Of a stretch of DNA of 64,000 nucleotides, positions 34,695 to 45,933 are shown piece by piece. This DNA is from a virus. The notes under the pieces were generated by a model. That model searched no databases and had not been told where the DNA came from. It saw only the letters and a program-made list of their open reading frames with translations. The stretch spans positions 1 through 64,000 of IMG/VR virus record IMGVR_UViG_3300044825_002891. One strand, written 5' to 3'. Positions within the stretch are counted from its first letter, which is position 1. Every line of letters begins with the position of its first letter. The translations under genes were made by a program, and so were the position numbers.

Positions 34695-37600
34695 TGGATA
34701 TTGCTCGCATCAACGTAAACGGGGACTTTGAAGGCGACGACGATCGCAACATTGATGACATCATTCGCGACGGCGAAAAGCTGAAGAAGCAGGGTCTTGA
34801 TGCCAAGCGTCTAGCTAAAGACATGAAGGACCTGGAGGGTCAGGCGTTTGCAGACGCCATGGCTCACAACGCTGAGACGATCAAGTCCAACGAGAAGGTC
34901 AAGAAATCTAATCAAGACCTTGCCAATCAGCGCGCCAAAGAAATCGCCGCAAAAGAGCGCCTGACGCAGCTTGAGAAGGAATACGGCAAAGTCCAGGACG
35001 AGCGCGGCAAGAAAAGCTCTATTCGCAGCAAGAGAGACGCCGAGTTTGTTAAGCAGGAGATTGCCCTGCTTCGCGAGATTCGCGACATTCAAGAGCAGCT
35101 GGGAATCGTTGATGCTCGCAAGGCGCGCAGGCTTGAAGTTCTTGAGGCCAGCTTCGAGAAGTTTATTCAGCGGGCAAAAGAGGCTTACAAGACAGAAGAA
35201 GCCGGTGCCGCTGCGGTCGAGAAGGCTGAAAAGGCCATCAGGAAGAAAGCCAAGGCGACCGAGGATGCGACAAAGCAAACTGAGGATCTCTCGGACGCAG
35301 TTGATCAGCTCACCCTGAATCTTGAAGCTCAGGCGGAAGCAACAGACAAGCTAAACAGCGCGAGAGAAAAGCTTAGTAACGACGACGACGCCAGGGCAGC
35401 GAAGAGCCGCAACCGGGGTGGCGGCGGTGGTGGGACTATCCCACCAACAGCTCGGGGCGGCGCTGGCGGCGGTGCCGGTGGCGGGGGTCGCCCTCCCGGC
35501 GGGTTGCCCGACGAAGAAGACTTCAACTTTGACTTCGAAGCGTACCTAAAGAAGATCCAGGAGCGCATCAATCAGACGATTGTCGAGCTCAGCACAGCAG
35601 AGGGCAGAAAGCTTCGTTTCTATCAGGACGAGCTTCGAATCCTTGCGGATCGAGAGAAGTTCGCTCGCCGGGCCATTGATCTTGAAGGAGCGCGAGCCCA
35701 GGCCCTCGGACAGGTTGAAGAGCTACGCCTCCGCATTCGAGAAGAGGGCCTAGACGCCTCCGCTATTCGCAGGCTGAAAAATGAGATTGATTCTCTTACG
35801 AGAAAAATCAACGAGGCCGACGAGGCTCTAAAGAACCAGCGCGGCAATGCTGATGGTCTTCGCGACGGTCTTCGTAGGGCCACATTCCAATCTCAGCAGC
35901 TTGTCGATAGAACTCGTGAGGATCTGGAGCTTCGCAGGGCCGCGATCGTCCAGCAACGAGAGCTGATCGATCAGACGATTGCCTATGCCAACGAGCGGGC
36001 TCAGGCCCTCCGGGCAAGCCAGGCGGAGTACAACAGCACGGTCGCGCGACTTGAGGTTGAAAGAGAGATTCGCCGCATTGGCGAAAGCACAAGAGCTCTG
36101 GGCATTCAGCGCGCACGAGAGGCTGTTCTAACTCAGCGTGAGCTTGAGCGCGTTTCGCAGCTGTCTGAAGACCTCCAGATCAGAAGCGAAGAAGTTCTCC
36201 AGCGCTCTTTTGCTATCGAGGCCACCTATGCGCTCAGCAGAAAGGACGCGCTAGACGACCTCACTGTTCGCCTACAAGCCCTGAAAGAGGCGCGGGACAT
36301 TGTTTCGGATCCGGCAGCGATCAAAACGCTTTCGACCGAGATTGCTCGGGTCGAGGATCAGCTTGATGAGGTTAACAGAAGATACGCTAGTGGTCGCGCC
36401 AATATCGAGGCAATCAACGAGGCAGTTCAAAGAACGATTGCCAGATCGTCTCGTGTCCTGTCGGTCGTTCGAGAGCAAAACACTGCGTACGAAGAGCAGC
36501 GCCAGCTGGCGGAGGCCACCACGCGCGGCTTGCGTCAGGACATTAGATCTCAGCGCCTAAGGCTAGATAACCTTCTTGCTGAGACGGCCAGCCTTGAAGC
36601 GCAACGTCAGATTCGCAAGGCTATTGCCGACCTTGATGATGCTGAAAGGCGCAGACAGCGCGATGTGCGCCGCGGCGACTTTTCAGAGGCGCAGGCAAAC
36701 AGGCTTCTAGAAGAAGCTGGCGAGGCGATTCTTAATGCAACCAGGGCTCGCGAGCAGGCCGTAAAGACAGAGCGCGAATACAACCTTGAGATTTCGCGCC
36801 AGAAAGTTCTGATCGTTGAGATCCAGCGCCTTCTGTCTGACCGCGATCCTCTTTTCAAAGGCGGCTTTTCCACAACTGAGATCGATAAGTTCGAGGTTGC
36901 TCTTGAGAAGCTGCGCAGAGAGCTGGAGGACACGGCAGATGCTGGCGGCTCCCTTGACGGCGTAAACCGCAGGCTGCGGCGCTTCCGCGATGACCTTGAG
37001 CAGTCCAGGGTCCCGCTAAATCGCTTCGAGCTAGCTCTTACGCGACTGCGCGATCGCCTCGGATTCCTTGGCCGCGCGTTTAGTGCCCTTGACTCCCAGA
37101 GTCGTGGCTTCAGCCTCTTCACATCTCTTGCGACGGTCATCATTGAGCCGCTGGCCGCAGTTGTTGTTCAGCTTGCTGGTGGTCTGCTTGCCGTTGCATC
37201 TAGTGCCGTGGCGGCAGGAGGTGCGCTGGGTGGCGCTCTTGTTGCGGGCGTTGCACAGGCAATCCCAGCGATTACGCTGCTCGCGGCTGGATTCAAGAGC
37301 CTCATCGATGTTGTCCAGATTTCCAACCGGCAGCGCCAGGACGAGGCGAGCAACCTTGCTCGCGAGGCGCGTGGTGTAGGCGGCGCGGCGGATGGGGTTA
37401 ATCGCCTCAAGGATGCAAACGACAATCTTGTCGAAGCGCAGCGCAGACTTAGTGATGCTCGACGGCAAGCAATCAGGGATCTTGAAGATCTTGCTGACAA
37501 AGAGAGACAAGCCGAGCTTGCCTCTAGGTCCGCATCCATTTCGGTTATTGAAGCTCAGATCGCTCTCGACCAGGCTCGCTCCACTGGCAGTGCGCTTGAT

Positions 37601-40600
37601 ATTCGTCGCGCTGAAATCGAACTTGCCGGAGCAAGAATCAGTGAGCGCCAGGCAGAGCGAGACGTAGGCCGCACCCGCTTTGACGCCGCAACTCAGCGCC
37701 GCGAAGGCGTCGAGAACAACGATCAGGTTATTGCAGCTAAGCGCGCCCTTGCATCTGCCGAAAGGCAACTTGCCGATGCCCGCGTAGGCGGAGCCTCTGC
37801 TGCCAGTGCGCTGTCTCAAGCAACCGCTCGTCTTGATGAGCAAATCAAAATGCTCTCTCCTGGTCAGAGGGAGCTCCTTGACGGCATCAACGAGCTGCGC
37901 AAAGTCTTCCGTTCCGGCCCGTTCGTAGAAATCCGCGACATCATCTTGCAGCCGTTTATTGCGGCGACAGACGCGCTGATCGGCCTTGGCCAAGACAGCG
38001 CCCTGGTTGGAAGCTTTAAGGCTCTTGCAACCTCGATCTCGGAAACTCTCGGCGGTGCGATTAACAGCCTGTTTAGCCCGCGCGCTAGAGACTTTATCTT
38101 CTTCATCAACGGCCAGGCCAGCGGCAACGTGCGCATCCTTGGAGAGGGCTTTGCTTCTCTCGGGTCGATTATCGAGAAGATCTCCGTAGCCGCGGCCCCT
38201 GTCCTTAGAGACCTACTAATCGGAATCGTAGACACCTTTGACAGGATTGACGACAGCCTTACGGAATCCGGCCTCAAGGGATTCTTTGACACCTCCCAAG
38301 ACGCGCTCAATGCATTTGGTCAAGTGGTTGAGGAGACATTCCTTCTTCTCAAGAATCTCTTTGAGCTTTCTGCTCCGACCGGCAACACGCTTGTTTCTAC
38401 GTTTGCAACATTCCTGCGCGGAATCAATCAGCAGCTTTCCGACCCGTCTCGCAGAAGAGAGATTCGTCGCTGGTTTGAGGAGGTTGGTCGTGGAACAGCT
38501 GCTTTCGCATCCGCACTCAAGGACCTCACCGTCGCCATTTTCGGCGGCCTCAATCCCGACAGACTCAGACAGTTCTCTGTCGTTATCTCGGATATCCTGG
38601 CGCCTGCAATCAGGACGCTGATTGATTTCAGTGGAAAGCTGGTTTCGGTCTTTGCCCTACTTGAAAGAGTCCCCCTTGCGTCAGAGCTAACCGCCCTCGC
38701 GATCGCCACAGTTGTTCTTGGAAAGACATTCACAACCATTCTTGGGATTGTCGGTCTTCTGCAAACAGCAGTGTTCGGACTCGCTAGCGCACTTGGCACA
38801 CTGAGCACCGTTTCCCGCGGAACTGCTGCTGCCAACGCCATGGGCGGGCTGAGCGCTGTTCTCGTGGGCGCTAATGGTCAGATGACACAAACAACAAGCG
38901 GTGCCCTAAAGGCCCAGGGCGCGCTTGGCGGGCTTGGGCGGGCGGCGGGTCCCATGAGGGTTCTTGGGCAGGCCGTAAGCCGCCTCGGCCCCTATGGCCT
39001 CGCTGCTGGTATTGGGCTCACTCTGTTTGGCGATGCTCTTTTCCAGCTTATCCCCGGGCTTGAAACTGTTGAGGACAAGGCAAACAGAGCCCGCGAAGCG
39101 CTGCTCGCGCTAGATGAGGCAGCAAGTCAAAACGCAGACGCCGCGCTCGACCTGCAAGAGGCGGAAGCGTCTCGCAGAAGGGCTGATAACACCCTTGACG
39201 AAGCCCGCGCGGCAAGGCAGCAAGCGGCACTGCGCCTCAGAAACGCGGAAAATAAGCAGGAAAGAGAGGCCGCGAGGCGCGATCTTGAGTCCGCCAGGAT
39301 TTCCGTTATTGAAGCTCGCAACGGGGTTGACAGAGCTGATAAGCGTCTAAGAGATGCTCAAAACCGTGCCCGCCAGGTTCAGAGCGAATCTGATAGAGCT
39401 GCTGCGGCCGCGGCCAAAACTCTCAGGGAGGCTTTTGACGCCGGGCCCAATGTCCAGCTCCAGGGTAGAAACGAAGAGACGGGTCTACCGATTAGGCAGA
39501 TTCTGACTCCGGATCAACGCCTTAAGAATCTCAAGCAGCTTGTGGGTGATGATGAGGACTTCAAAGCTCTTGATGAGTACACCCAAGCTAAGTACATCGC
39601 GATTCTTGAAAACATTCTTGATCAGAAGGGCAAGATTCCTGAAGAAAGGCTAGAGCTTGTCTTCAAGGCTGTTGCCGACAACAAGAGCATTTCTGACATC
39701 CTTGCTCTTCTCGACATCAAAATCCCCAAGGGCCTCAATGTAGATGTCCTGTTTGACCAGGAAAGAATCGCAGCAGAGGCCACGGCGGCTGGCAAGAGCA
39801 TCGAAGAGCTGTTCCTCATGAAGATCGATCGCATCAACGCTGTCGTTGCTGCGGTAGAACTTAACGAGGCTTCCCCCGGCAGGCCCGCCCCGGCCAGGGC
39901 GTTTGCCGACGGCGGAATCGTCAGGGCATCGCCGGGTGGCGTTGTTATCAAGGCCGCCGAGGATGGTTACGACGAGTTCGTAATCACAACAGACCCCACG
40001 AAAAAAGAGAAGTCCAAGAATCTCCTGCGTAGGGCCGCAAGAGCAGTCCTGGCTGGCAACAATGAAAACGACCAGTACGGGATTTCTGAGGGTGATCCCC
40101 CTAGCCTCCGGGGCAGAGGAAGAAGGGGTGGCGGATCTGCCGGGCCCGCCGCGCGCAACCCGCTTGCCGCGTTCTTCACCATGTTCAACACGGCAGAGAG
40201 GCTGGACGCAGCTGACATTCCGTATTCGTGGGGCGGCGGTCACACCACACCCGCTCGGCCGACGCCGGGGATTAAGTCTGACGGCAAAGACGGTTCGAAT
40301 ATCGTCGGCCTTGACTGCTCGTCTAGTGTTTCCGCTGTTCTTCAGTCCGCTATCCCGAGCTTCCCGACCATTACATCGGGCGAGTTCCCGGGCCAGTCTG
40401 CTCTTTCTCCCGGCCGCGGCCTAGTCACAATCTGGTCCAACAACAAGCACGTCTTCATGACGTTTGGCGCAGAGGACTGGGGCACCAATAGTGGGGAGCC
40501 CGGCAATGGTCCTGGCTTCCACGATCACTCTAAGGGTGGGTACACACCAAGCCACCCCGACTTCCTCGGTCCCGGAACAAGAGACCAGTCCCTCTTTGGC

Positions 40601-42508
40601 CGCGTGTACAAGTCCCTGCGCGGGGCGGACTATTCGGCAATCAACAACGTGCAGGGCGAGTTTGAGTCCCTCGGTCGCACCGCAAGAAACTTTAACCAGG
40701 AGTTTGGCGCTGTTGCTGGCGATGGTGGTGGCTTCTTCAACTCGGCCGCCCGAAGCATTCTCTCCAACGCTTTCAAAAACTTCCAGCAGTTCCAGTACGG
40801 AGGAGAGGTTCAAGGCCGACGTGGCCAGGCTGTTCCTGTTATCGCTCACGCGGGCGAATACGTTCTTACTGAAGAGGAGACAAGAAGGGCAAGAAGCGGT
40901 CAGCAGTCTCGCACGCTAGTTGACTCGTTTGTCAAGACGATTGAAAAGGCGTTCGAAGACGCAAAGCCGATCGTGGCAACGGCGTTCAAAAGACTCTTTC
41001 AGTCTGTCGGCATTGGACTTGAACGCGACGGGCGCCAGACCGGGGTAAGAAGCCTTATCCCCAACCTGGACCTGCGTCCCGGCAAGCCCGGCGGCGGAGT
41101 AAACATCCTTACTGCGGTGAGCCAGTTCATTCAGGGCGGCTACGACGCAGAAACGGACAAGCAGGCTAGTCTTGTTCTGAACACCTCTCCCAAGAAGTTT
41201 GGCGAGGCGCTCAAGAAGGTTTCTGACAAGGTCGCTGGATACCTTGAGAGTATTCTAAGCGCCGCTCAAAACCGCATTGCTGAAGCGCAGCGGAGCAATC
41301 AGGGTCTTGCTGACAGGCTACAAACTGACCAGCTGAGCAACTCGGGCTCGTTTGACCAGGGGTCGGGACTCTTCAGGTTTGTCGGCGGGTTTGCCCAGCA
41401 GCAGGGGGATTCAGCCGCCGATATCGCCCTGGAGCGCGAGTCCCTTATTGGGCAGCGCAGCAATCTAATCGCCGCAAGAAACGCGATTCAAGGTCTGATC
41501 AGCCAAACCGCCACAACAATCGCTGGCCTAGAGGGCAAGCTGAACTCTCTTAGGGCTGCGAGGGCTCGCCTTGTCACAGAAAAAAATCAAGTAAAGGGTC
41601 AATCCCCAGCTAAGAAAAGAGAGCGCGCCCGCATTCAGCGCCTGATCGACGCAGTCGATGCCGAAATCAAGTCCGTTGAGGATCAGATTCAGGCGGCAAA
41701 GGCCACTCAGCAGCAACTTGAGTCTGACCTTACCGGCACAAATGCTCAAATCACCCAAACAGAAAGCCAGATTGCCGACACCCAGGGTCGTCAGATTGAC
41801 GCCCTTATTGCGCAGGCGACAAGCGGTAGATACTCCGCCGAAACAGCAAAGGGATTCTTTGACCAGGCCGAGCAACTAGCGATCGCGTCTAACGATCAGC
41901 AGCGCCTGGCCGCGATTAGAGCCGCAAGATTTAACTTTGGTCAGTCGCAGTTCGGCGGTCTTATTGGCGAGCAGCAGGCAAGGGTCCGACTTGCCGAGGC
42001 TACCGGGAATGAGGCTGAGAGAAGGGCCGGACTTCAAGAGATCGGCAGACTTCTAGCCGAGCAAGCAGAAGCTGTGAGGGGCGAGATCGCGCGCCTCGAA
42101 GCAGAGGGTGTTGACCTCAACAGCCCCGAGCTGATTAATCTGAGAACAACACTCACCAACCTGAATCTTGCAATCAAGGACAACACAGACGCACTTAACG
42201 GCACCACCACCCAGAACTTCAGCTCTACAGCTTGGCAGCTATTCCGCCGCGCCATCTTCGGGGGTGAAAATCAACTTCTCCAGGGCTTCTCAGGCGTCGG
42301 CGGGATTGACAATGCTACGCGATCGATTACAACACCAGCAGTCTCGCCTGATATGGTTTACATCATGCCTGCTGGTGGACCCGGCTCTTCTACCAATAGC
42401 AACACCAGCACGACTAACATCACCGTCAACGTCAGCGAGGCTGAGCCCGGGATGGATCCGACCTATCTTGCTGGCGCCCTGGCCTTCGCACTGGATGGTA
42501 AGCCGTAA
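34694..42508 (+). CDS. tape measure protein with NlpC/P60 domain
   Basis: 2604 aa helical/coiled-coil with hydrophobic segments; YSWGGGH...DCSSSVS...HVFM near 40200-40560. Confidence 0.92.
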   Translation: MDIARINVNGDFEGDDDRNIDDIIRDGEKLKKQGLDAKRLAKDMKDLEGQAFADAMAHNAETIKSNEKVKKSNQDLANQRAKEIAAKERLTQLEKEYGKVQDERGKKSSIRSKRDAEFVKQEIALLREIRDIQEQLGIVDARKARRLEVLEASFEKFIQRAKEAYKTEEAGAAAVEKAEKAIRKKAKATEDATKQTEDLSDAVDQLTLNLEAQAEATDKLNSAREKLSNDDDARAAKSRNRGGGGGGTIPPTARGGAGGGAGGGGRPPGGLPDEEDFNFDFEAYLKKIQERINQTIVELSTAEGRKLRFYQDELRILADREKFARRAIDLEGARAQALGQVEELRLRIREEGLDASAIRRLKNEIDSLTRKINEADEALKNQRGNADGLRDGLRRATFQSQQLVDRTREDLELRRAAIVQQRELIDQTIAYANERAQALRASQAEYNSTVARLEVEREIRRIGESTRALGIQRAREAVLTQRELERVSQLSEDLQIRSEEVLQRSFAIEATYALSRKDALDDLTVRLQALKEARDIVSDPAAIKTLSTEIARVEDQLDEVNRRYASGRANIEAINEAVQRTIARSSRVLSVVREQNTAYEEQRQLAEATTRGLRQDIRSQRLRLDNLLAETASLEAQRQIRKAIADLDDAERRRQRDVRRGDFSEAQANRLLEEAGEAILNATRAREQAVKTEREYNLEISRQKVLIVEIQRLLSDRDPLFKGGFSTTEIDKFEVALEKLRRELEDTADAGGSLDGVNRRLRRFRDDLEQSRVPLNRFELALTRLRDRLGFLGRAFSALDSQSRGFSLFTSLATVIIEPLAAVVVQLAGGLLAVASSAVAAGGALGGALVAGVAQAIPAITLLAAGFKSLIDVVQISNRQRQDEASNLAREARGVGGAADGVNRLKDANDNLVEAQRRLSDARRQAIRDLEDLADKERQAELASRSASISVIEAQIALDQARSTGSALDIRRAEIELAGARISERQAERDVGRTRFDAATQRREGVENNDQVIAAKRALASAERQLADARVGGASAASALSQATARLDEQIKMLSPGQRELLDGINELRKVFRSGPFVEIRDIILQPFIAATDALIGLGQDSALVGSFKALATSISETLGGAINSLFSPRARDFIFFINGQASGNVRILGEGFASLGSIIEKISVAAAPVLRDLLIGIVDTFDRIDDSLTESGLKGFFDTSQDALNAFGQVVEETFLLLKNLFELSAPTGNTLVSTFATFLRGINQQLSDPSRRREIRRWFEEVGRGTAAFASALKDLTVAIFGGLNPDRLRQFSVVISDILAPAIRTLIDFSGKLVSVFALLERVPLASELTALAIATVVLGKTFTTILGIVGLLQTAVFGLASALGTLSTVSRGTAAANAMGGLSAVLVGANGQMTQTTSGALKAQGALGGLGRAAGPMRVLGQAVSRLGPYGLAAGIGLTLFGDALFQLIPGLETVEDKANRAREALLALDEAASQNADAALDLQEAEASRRRADNTLDEARAARQQAALRLRNAENKQEREAARRDLESARISVIEARNGVDRADKRLRDAQNRARQVQSESDRAAAAAAKTLREAFDAGPNVQLQGRNEETGLPIRQILTPDQRLKNLKQLVGDDEDFKALDEYTQAKYIAILENILDQKGKIPEERLELVFKAVADNKSISDILALLDIKIPKGLNVDVLFDQERIAAEATAAGKSIEELFLMKIDRINAVVAAVELNEASPGRPAPARAFADGGIVRASPGGVVIKAAEDGYDEFVITTDPTKKEKSKNLLRRAARAVLAGNNENDQYGISEGDPPSLRGRGRRGGGSAGPAARNPLAAFFTMFNTAERLDAADIPYSWGGGHTTPARPTPGIKSDGKDGSNIVGLDCSSSVSAVLQSAIPSFPTITSGEFPGQSALSPGRGLVTIWSNNKHVFMTFGAEDWGTNSGEPGNGPGFHDHSKGGYTPSHPDFLGPGTRDQSLFGRVYKSLRGADYSAINNVQGEFESLGRTARNFNQEFGAVAGDGGGFFNSAARSILSNAFKNFQQFQYGGEVQGRRGQAVPVIAHAGEYVLTEEETRRARSGQQSRTLVDSFVKTIEKAFEDAKPIVATAFKRLFQSVGIGLERDGRQTGVRSLIPNLDLRPGKPGGGVNILTAVSQFIQGGYDAETDKQASLVLNTSPKKFGEALKKVSDKVAGYLESILSAAQNRIAEAQRSNQGLADRLQTDQLSNSGSFDQGSGLFRFVGGFAQQQGDSAADIALERESLIGQRSNLIAARNAIQGLISQTATTIAGLEGKLNSLRAARARLVTEKNQVKGQSPAKKRERARIQRLIDAVDAEIKSVEDQIQAAKATQQQLESDLTGTNAQITQTESQIADTQGRQIDALIAQATSGRYSAETAKGFFDQAEQLAIASNDQQRLAAIRAARFNFGQSQFGGLIGEQQARVRLAEATGNEAERRAGLQEIGRLLAEQAEAVRGEIARLEAEGVDLNSPELINLRTTLTNLNLAIKDNTDALNGTTTQNFSSTAWQLFRRAIFGGENQLLQGFSGVGGIDNATRSITTPAVSPDMVYIMPAGGPGSSTNSNTSTTNITVNVSEAEPGMDPTYLAGALAFALDGKP

Positions 42509-43359
42509 TGGACTTTTACGGAACCCTTGGCCTCGAAGCAGAAATCGTTTTCAACAACCTTCTGCTGAATCGGCGCATGGTCGATGTGGGGACTGGCCCA
42601 CGCTACAGAATCACCGACATTGGTGGTCTTGACGACGCGGATGTTAGGGACGCCCGTGAAGTCAACCCCATGCGAGATGGGGAAATGGCACTTCCCGCCT
42701 ACTACGGCGGACGAACTATTACCATGACCGGGCGCATCCTCGCAAGAAATGTTGCCGAGATGCGAACGATGCAGACACAGCTCAAGAGGGCATTTTCGGT
42801 TCTGGAAGAATCGCGACTCAGGTTTTACAACAGTTCTGGCTCAACTGATTACATCTACATCAATGTCCGCAAGTCGGCCCCGATTCAAATGCGGGAGGCG
42901 CAGGTCAATGCTCAGCCCTACAGAGACTTTCTAATCACCCTCAGAGCTTCTGATCCGCGCTTCTACAGTAGCGCTACCAACACGTTTGCCGCCTCTGGCT
43001 CCGGCCTCGCTACAACCTTCACGTCGATTAATCCAGGTGAAGCAAATAGCGACCCGATCATTCGCATGACCGGACCTCTTTACCCAACCACCTTTGGCAC
43101 CACCGCCCAGGCCGCGATTGCCAATCTTGACTCGGGTCAGTCGTTAAACCTCTCTTTCCCATCGACCGCCCTAATGGCGTCAACTGCGTATGCAGAGATC
43201 AACTGCGGCACGCGCAAAGTAAACGGCAGCATCAACTACTCGAATGTTCTTGGCGGCTCCGTGTTTCCGCAGGTGATCTCTGGCACAAATACGTTTTACG
43301 TTGCTGGATTCACCGGCACGGGAAGCGTTAGCGTTTTCTACAAGAGCTCCTGGATGTAG
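42508..43359 (+). CDS. distal tail protein (Dit)
   Basis: DG....Y.GGRTIT.TG, L.ASDPRFYS, N.G...SDP.I...GP. Confidence 0.8.
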   Translation: MDFYGTLGLEAEIVFNNLLLNRRMVDVGTGPRYRITDIGGLDDADVRDAREVNPMRDGEMALPAYYGGRTITMTGRILARNVAEMRTMQTQLKRAFSVLEESRLRFYNSSGSTDYIYINVRKSAPIQMREAQVNAQPYRDFLITLRASDPRFYSSATNTFAASGSGLATTFTSINPGEANSDPIIRMTGPLYPTTFGTTAQAAIANLDSGQSLNLSFPSTALMASTAYAEINCGTRKVNGSINYSNVLGGSVFPQVISGTNTFYVAGFTGTGSVSVFYKSSWM

Positions 43360-43362
43360 ACC

Positions 43363-44643
43363 GTGGCGCTTCCGTACTGGAAAGTGCTGCTGCTCAACAG
43401 AGCAACGATGCAGAAGATCGGTGAGTTCACCCAGTTTTCCTCTGCCTCCTATAGCAAGCGGCTGAACTCCGCTGGAAGCGCCTCTATTTCCTGCTCCCTG
43501 GAGGATCCGGTATCGCAGGCAATCGTACCGCTAGCGACTGTTCTTGCGTTTGAGAGAAACGGTCACATTGTGTGGTCTGGGCCGATTATCAACCGCGATG
43601 ATTCCCTTCCAAATAGGTCGGTTTCAGCCCAGGCTGTAGGCTTTTTCGACGTGCTGATGAAGCGCGTATTCCGGCAGAACAGAACTGCGTTTACAAATGT
43701 AGACGCCGGACAGATCGCTCAGGCCATCATTTCTGAGGCAAACGCCCAAAGCCCAACTGGGATCACGATCACGTCTATTGACACTACCGTTCCACGGACA
43801 CGAACTTATTCTAGATTCTCTTCGATGGGTCAGGCGATCGTGGAGCTTTCTCAGGTCGAGAACGGTTTTGACTTTGAAGTTGTTGGAACCGAGTTCAGGG
43901 TTTACGCCAACCAAGGCGTGGACAGAAGCGCCTCGGCGGCAGCTGGTGTAGACCAGGTGGTTCTCGGTGTGCAGGCGGCGACCCAGAACGTCGCTACCTT
44001 TAGTCGAAAGATCGACACCAGCTCTTTCACAAATCGCGTGGCAGCGATTACAACGGGAAGCATTGAAGTTGTAGAAGACACCGATAGCGTGACTCAGTAC
44101 GGTCTTTACGAGGTGTCCCAAAGCCTGGGCCCCGTCTCTTCTGACGTTGGCCGAGCCTATGCCGCCGCAGAGGTGGCAGTGCGCGGACTGCCGATTGAAA
44201 CAATCACAGTATCCCTTCTGCCGACCGACGAAGACGAACGGGTGCCACGCTTTGATGGCAACGGCAACGACGACGATAGCTACTTTGGCCTGGGCGACAA
44301 GCTCCGCGTGGTCGTGCAGGACCCTGACCTGCCTCTAATCGACCAGGCTTTCCGGGTTTTCGGGGCTACTGTAAGCCTCGATGCAAATGGCGTAGAGAGA
44401 CTTTCGGATCTACAACTAGCGGCGCCCCTCAGAACGAACATCTCTACCACCGGTATGGTTTTCAGAGATACCGGCGGCCTCTATACGGCCACCAATGCCG
44501 GTAACCCGGATACAACCATCACTGTTGCTGGCGACGGCTACACGGTTCTGAGCATTCCCTATGTGAATGTTTCGACAACCTCTTCGTGGATCGTCGGGGA
44601 CGCCGTCTATTCTATTCTCGGTCTAACAACGGTGCTTGATTGA
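43363..44643 (+). CDS. minor tail / hub protein
   Basis: LN.AGS, VWSGPI, NGFDFEV, S..QYG..E, GLGD..RV. Confidence 0.75.
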   Translation: MALPYWKVLLLNRATMQKIGEFTQFSSASYSKRLNSAGSASISCSLEDPVSQAIVPLATVLAFERNGHIVWSGPIINRDDSLPNRSVSAQAVGFFDVLMKRVFRQNRTAFTNVDAGQIAQAIISEANAQSPTGITITSIDTTVPRTRTYSRFSSMGQAIVELSQVENGFDFEVVGTEFRVYANQGVDRSASAAAGVDQVVLGVQAATQNVATFSRKIDTSSFTNRVAAITTGSIEVVEDTDSVTQYGLYEVSQSLGPVSSDVGRAYAAAEVAVRGLPIETITVSLLPTDEDERVPRFDGNGNDDDSYFGLGDKLRVVVQDPDLPLIDQAFRVFGATVSLDANGVERLSDLQLAAPLRTNISTTGMVFRDTGGLYTATNAGNPDTTITVAGDGYTVLSIPYVNVSTTSSWIVGDAVYSILGLTTVLD

Positions 44644-44644
44644 C

Positions 44645-45367
44645 ATGAGAAGAGCTGGCTACACAAACCCGATGGTTACGCCCATTACGTGGACAGACAA
44701 CACCGTTGTTGGGCACAGCGACCTGAACTACTACCTTCGTGACAACATTTTTGCGATCGAAAATCGCGCGACCCCGATTACCCAGGATATTATCCACTAC
44801 ACTCATCCCGCAACCGTTACGGTGACAAACGGGAGGGCACTTCTTCACGGCCCGATGAGCGCGGTCAACCTTCTTGGCCTGTCAGACTTTTCGCCCAACA
44901 TCGCCCTTTCCGTAGACGCAAGTGTTTCTTTTGACAACGTCACGGCCAGCGCTGTCTCCGTTGAAGCCATCTTGAAGTTCAATGACATTGAACTTACATC
45001 CGACGCCGGGTTCAGCTATTACAAGTACAAGATGTTCCGGATCCCCGAGGCAGCCCTGCTCAACCTTGCTAAGGAGCCGACGATCGGATACACCAACTAC
45101 GTAAGTGGTGTGCATCTCGGCAACACCGACTACGCGTTCTGGAGCGGTTACGTTAGAAATGACGTTTTGGGGAACAACCCATTTGTTCTTACAAAGCCTA
45201 TGTATAGCGCGAGGCCAATGCTTTTGATTTCGGCCACAAACGGCTCTGTAGACCTGAAGTACTCGTCGTGGGCTCTGCGGTTCAGGGCTAATGTTGCCGT
45301 AACTGTTCAAAACCCCGCAACCAACTACGATCCTGGTGTCGGCATTTACGGCGGGTCTGCTGTCTGA
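44645..45367 (+). CDS. minor tail protein
   Basis: P.TW...DLN..LRDN N-terminal motif. Confidence 0.6.
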   Translation: MRRAGYTNPMVTPITWTDNTVVGHSDLNYYLRDNIFAIENRATPITQDIIHYTHPATVTVTNGRALLHGPMSAVNLLGLSDFSPNIALSVDASVSFDNVTASAVSVEAILKFNDIELTSDAGFSYYKYKMFRIPEAALLNLAKEPTIGYTNYVSGVHLGNTDYAFWSGYVRNDVLGNNPFVLTKPMYSARPMLLISATNGSVDLKYSSWALRFRANVAVTVQNPATNYDPGVGIYGGSAV

Positions 45368-45933
45368 TGTATACCAACCCTCACTTCTACGAATCTGGCC
45401 AGACGGTTAACGCAAGCCGCCTCAACTCTGATGCGCGCGATAACGTCAATGCTATCTATAGCCTGGCTACCAACACTGAAAGTCTGCTGAACCCCCTTGT
45501 TAGTGGAATCATCAGCTATTCCTCCGATCTGGCCCTGGACACCATCGGCACCTACACAACTGGCCAGTTTGTCGGCTGCGTGGGTTTGGAAAAAACTGCC
45601 GATCGCACATTTAATGTCCGAAGAGAGTGGCGCGTTTCGATTGCCTACACTATGGCTACAAACTCTGTGAATGGCACAACGGTAGGGCTCCACGCCAGAA
45701 GAATCGGATGGATGGGGCGTCCGTACTCCACAGACAGCAACCCGTATTCAACCCAGATTTACTCTGGACCCACAGTTACATCGATGGGAAAGAAGTTCCA
45801 CGTATCCTCTTGGCAGAGCATGGCCTATATGGACGATGAGGTTTGGGAGATATATGTATCCGGGGTTTCGGATGACTACCCATTTGCAACATTCTCCAAC
45901 CTTCACGTTTGTTTTCAGGTCAAGGATTACTAA
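45367..45933 (+). CDS. minor tail protein
   Basis: GQTVNASRLNSD.RDN motif. Confidence 0.6.
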   Translation: MYTNPHFYESGQTVNASRLNSDARDNVNAIYSLATNTESLLNPLVSGIISYSSDLALDTIGTYTTGQFVGCVGLEKTADRTFNVRREWRVSIAYTMATNSVNGTTVGLHARRIGWMGRPYSTDSNPYSTQIYSGPTVTSMGKKFHVSSWQSMAYMDDEVWEIYVSGVSDDYPFATFSNLHVCFQVKDY

